Shown here piece after piece: positions 63,921 through 64,000 of a DNA stretch of 64,000 nucleotides; the first letter of the stretch is position 1; each line of letters opens with the position of its first letter. The notes below the pieces were generated by a model that did no database searches, was not told where the DNA came from, and worked only from the letters and a program-made list of their open reading frames with translations. The translations under genes were made by a program, and so were the position numbers. This DNA comes from Minisyncoccota bacterium (GTDB lineage: Bacteria > Patescibacteriota > Minisyncoccia > Phycocordibacterales > Phycocordibacteraceae): NCBI GenBank assembly GCA_017991635.1, contig JAGOQE010000001.1, positions 131,965-195,964 of the forward strand. Direction: 5' to 3'.

Positions 63921-64000
63921 CATGAAAAAAGATCTCACTCTAGACACCATCGTTTCTCTCGCTAAGCGTAGAGGTTTTGTATTTCCTGGTTCTGAAATAT
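63921..64000 (+). CDS. Glycyl-tRNA synthetase (GlyQS dimeric type), N-terminal fragment (continues beyond window)
   Basis: MKKDLTLDTIVSLAKRRGFVFPGSEI: conserved GlyQS N-terminus (IVSLAKRRGF.F.SSEIYGG). Confidence 0.6.

Overview
This 64 kb window looks like a chromosomal segment from a small-genome bacterium, probably of the CPR/Patescibacteria (Parcubacteria-like) type. GC content is about 45-47% by eye, proteins are short, rplK is not followed by rplA, and tRNA genes are frequent. It spans the replication origin: rpmH-rnpA-yidC on the minus strand, then dnaA, an intergenic oriC with DnaA boxes, then dnaN.

The most notable content is an 11-ORF, single-strand operon (4087-16433). It encodes a type IV secretion system (T4SS)-like apparatus of the Gram-positive/CPR flavour: a PrgI/VirB3-like protein, a VirB4 ATPase split by an in-frame TAA, a VirB6/TrbL-like polytopic protein, a VirB2-like pilin candidate, and several secreted or membrane proteins of unknown function. 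No relaxase or coupling protein is present. Type IV pilus genes (pilB, pilMNO, pilin) are scattered elsewhere in the window.

Three further features stand out:
- A family of about 200 bp structured repeats sits immediately downstream of four different tRNA genes. Each copy duplicates the tRNA 3' end, consistent with miniature tRNA-targeting integrative elements.
- The isoleucyl-tRNA synthetase carries a roughly 180 aa histidine-phosphatase (RHG) domain inserted in its catalytic core.
- A roughly 200 bp island of 60%+ GC with very high third-position GC, coding a small basic protein, lies between argS and ileS.

The remainder is housekeeping:
- DNA repair and recombination: uvrD-family helicase, ruvABC, yebC, ruvX, recO-like.
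- Replication: polA, holA-like.
- Cell wall: PBP1A, Mur ligase, M23/LysM peptidase, uppS.
- Folate/thymidylate cluster: folA, MTHFS-like, dcd-like, thyA, tmk, glyA, and a CofE-like ligase.
- Translation and transcription: secE-nusG-rplK, rplS, rpsT, argS, ileS, start of glyQS.
- At least seven tRNAs.

All calls rest on reading motifs in the supplied translations. No database search was run.
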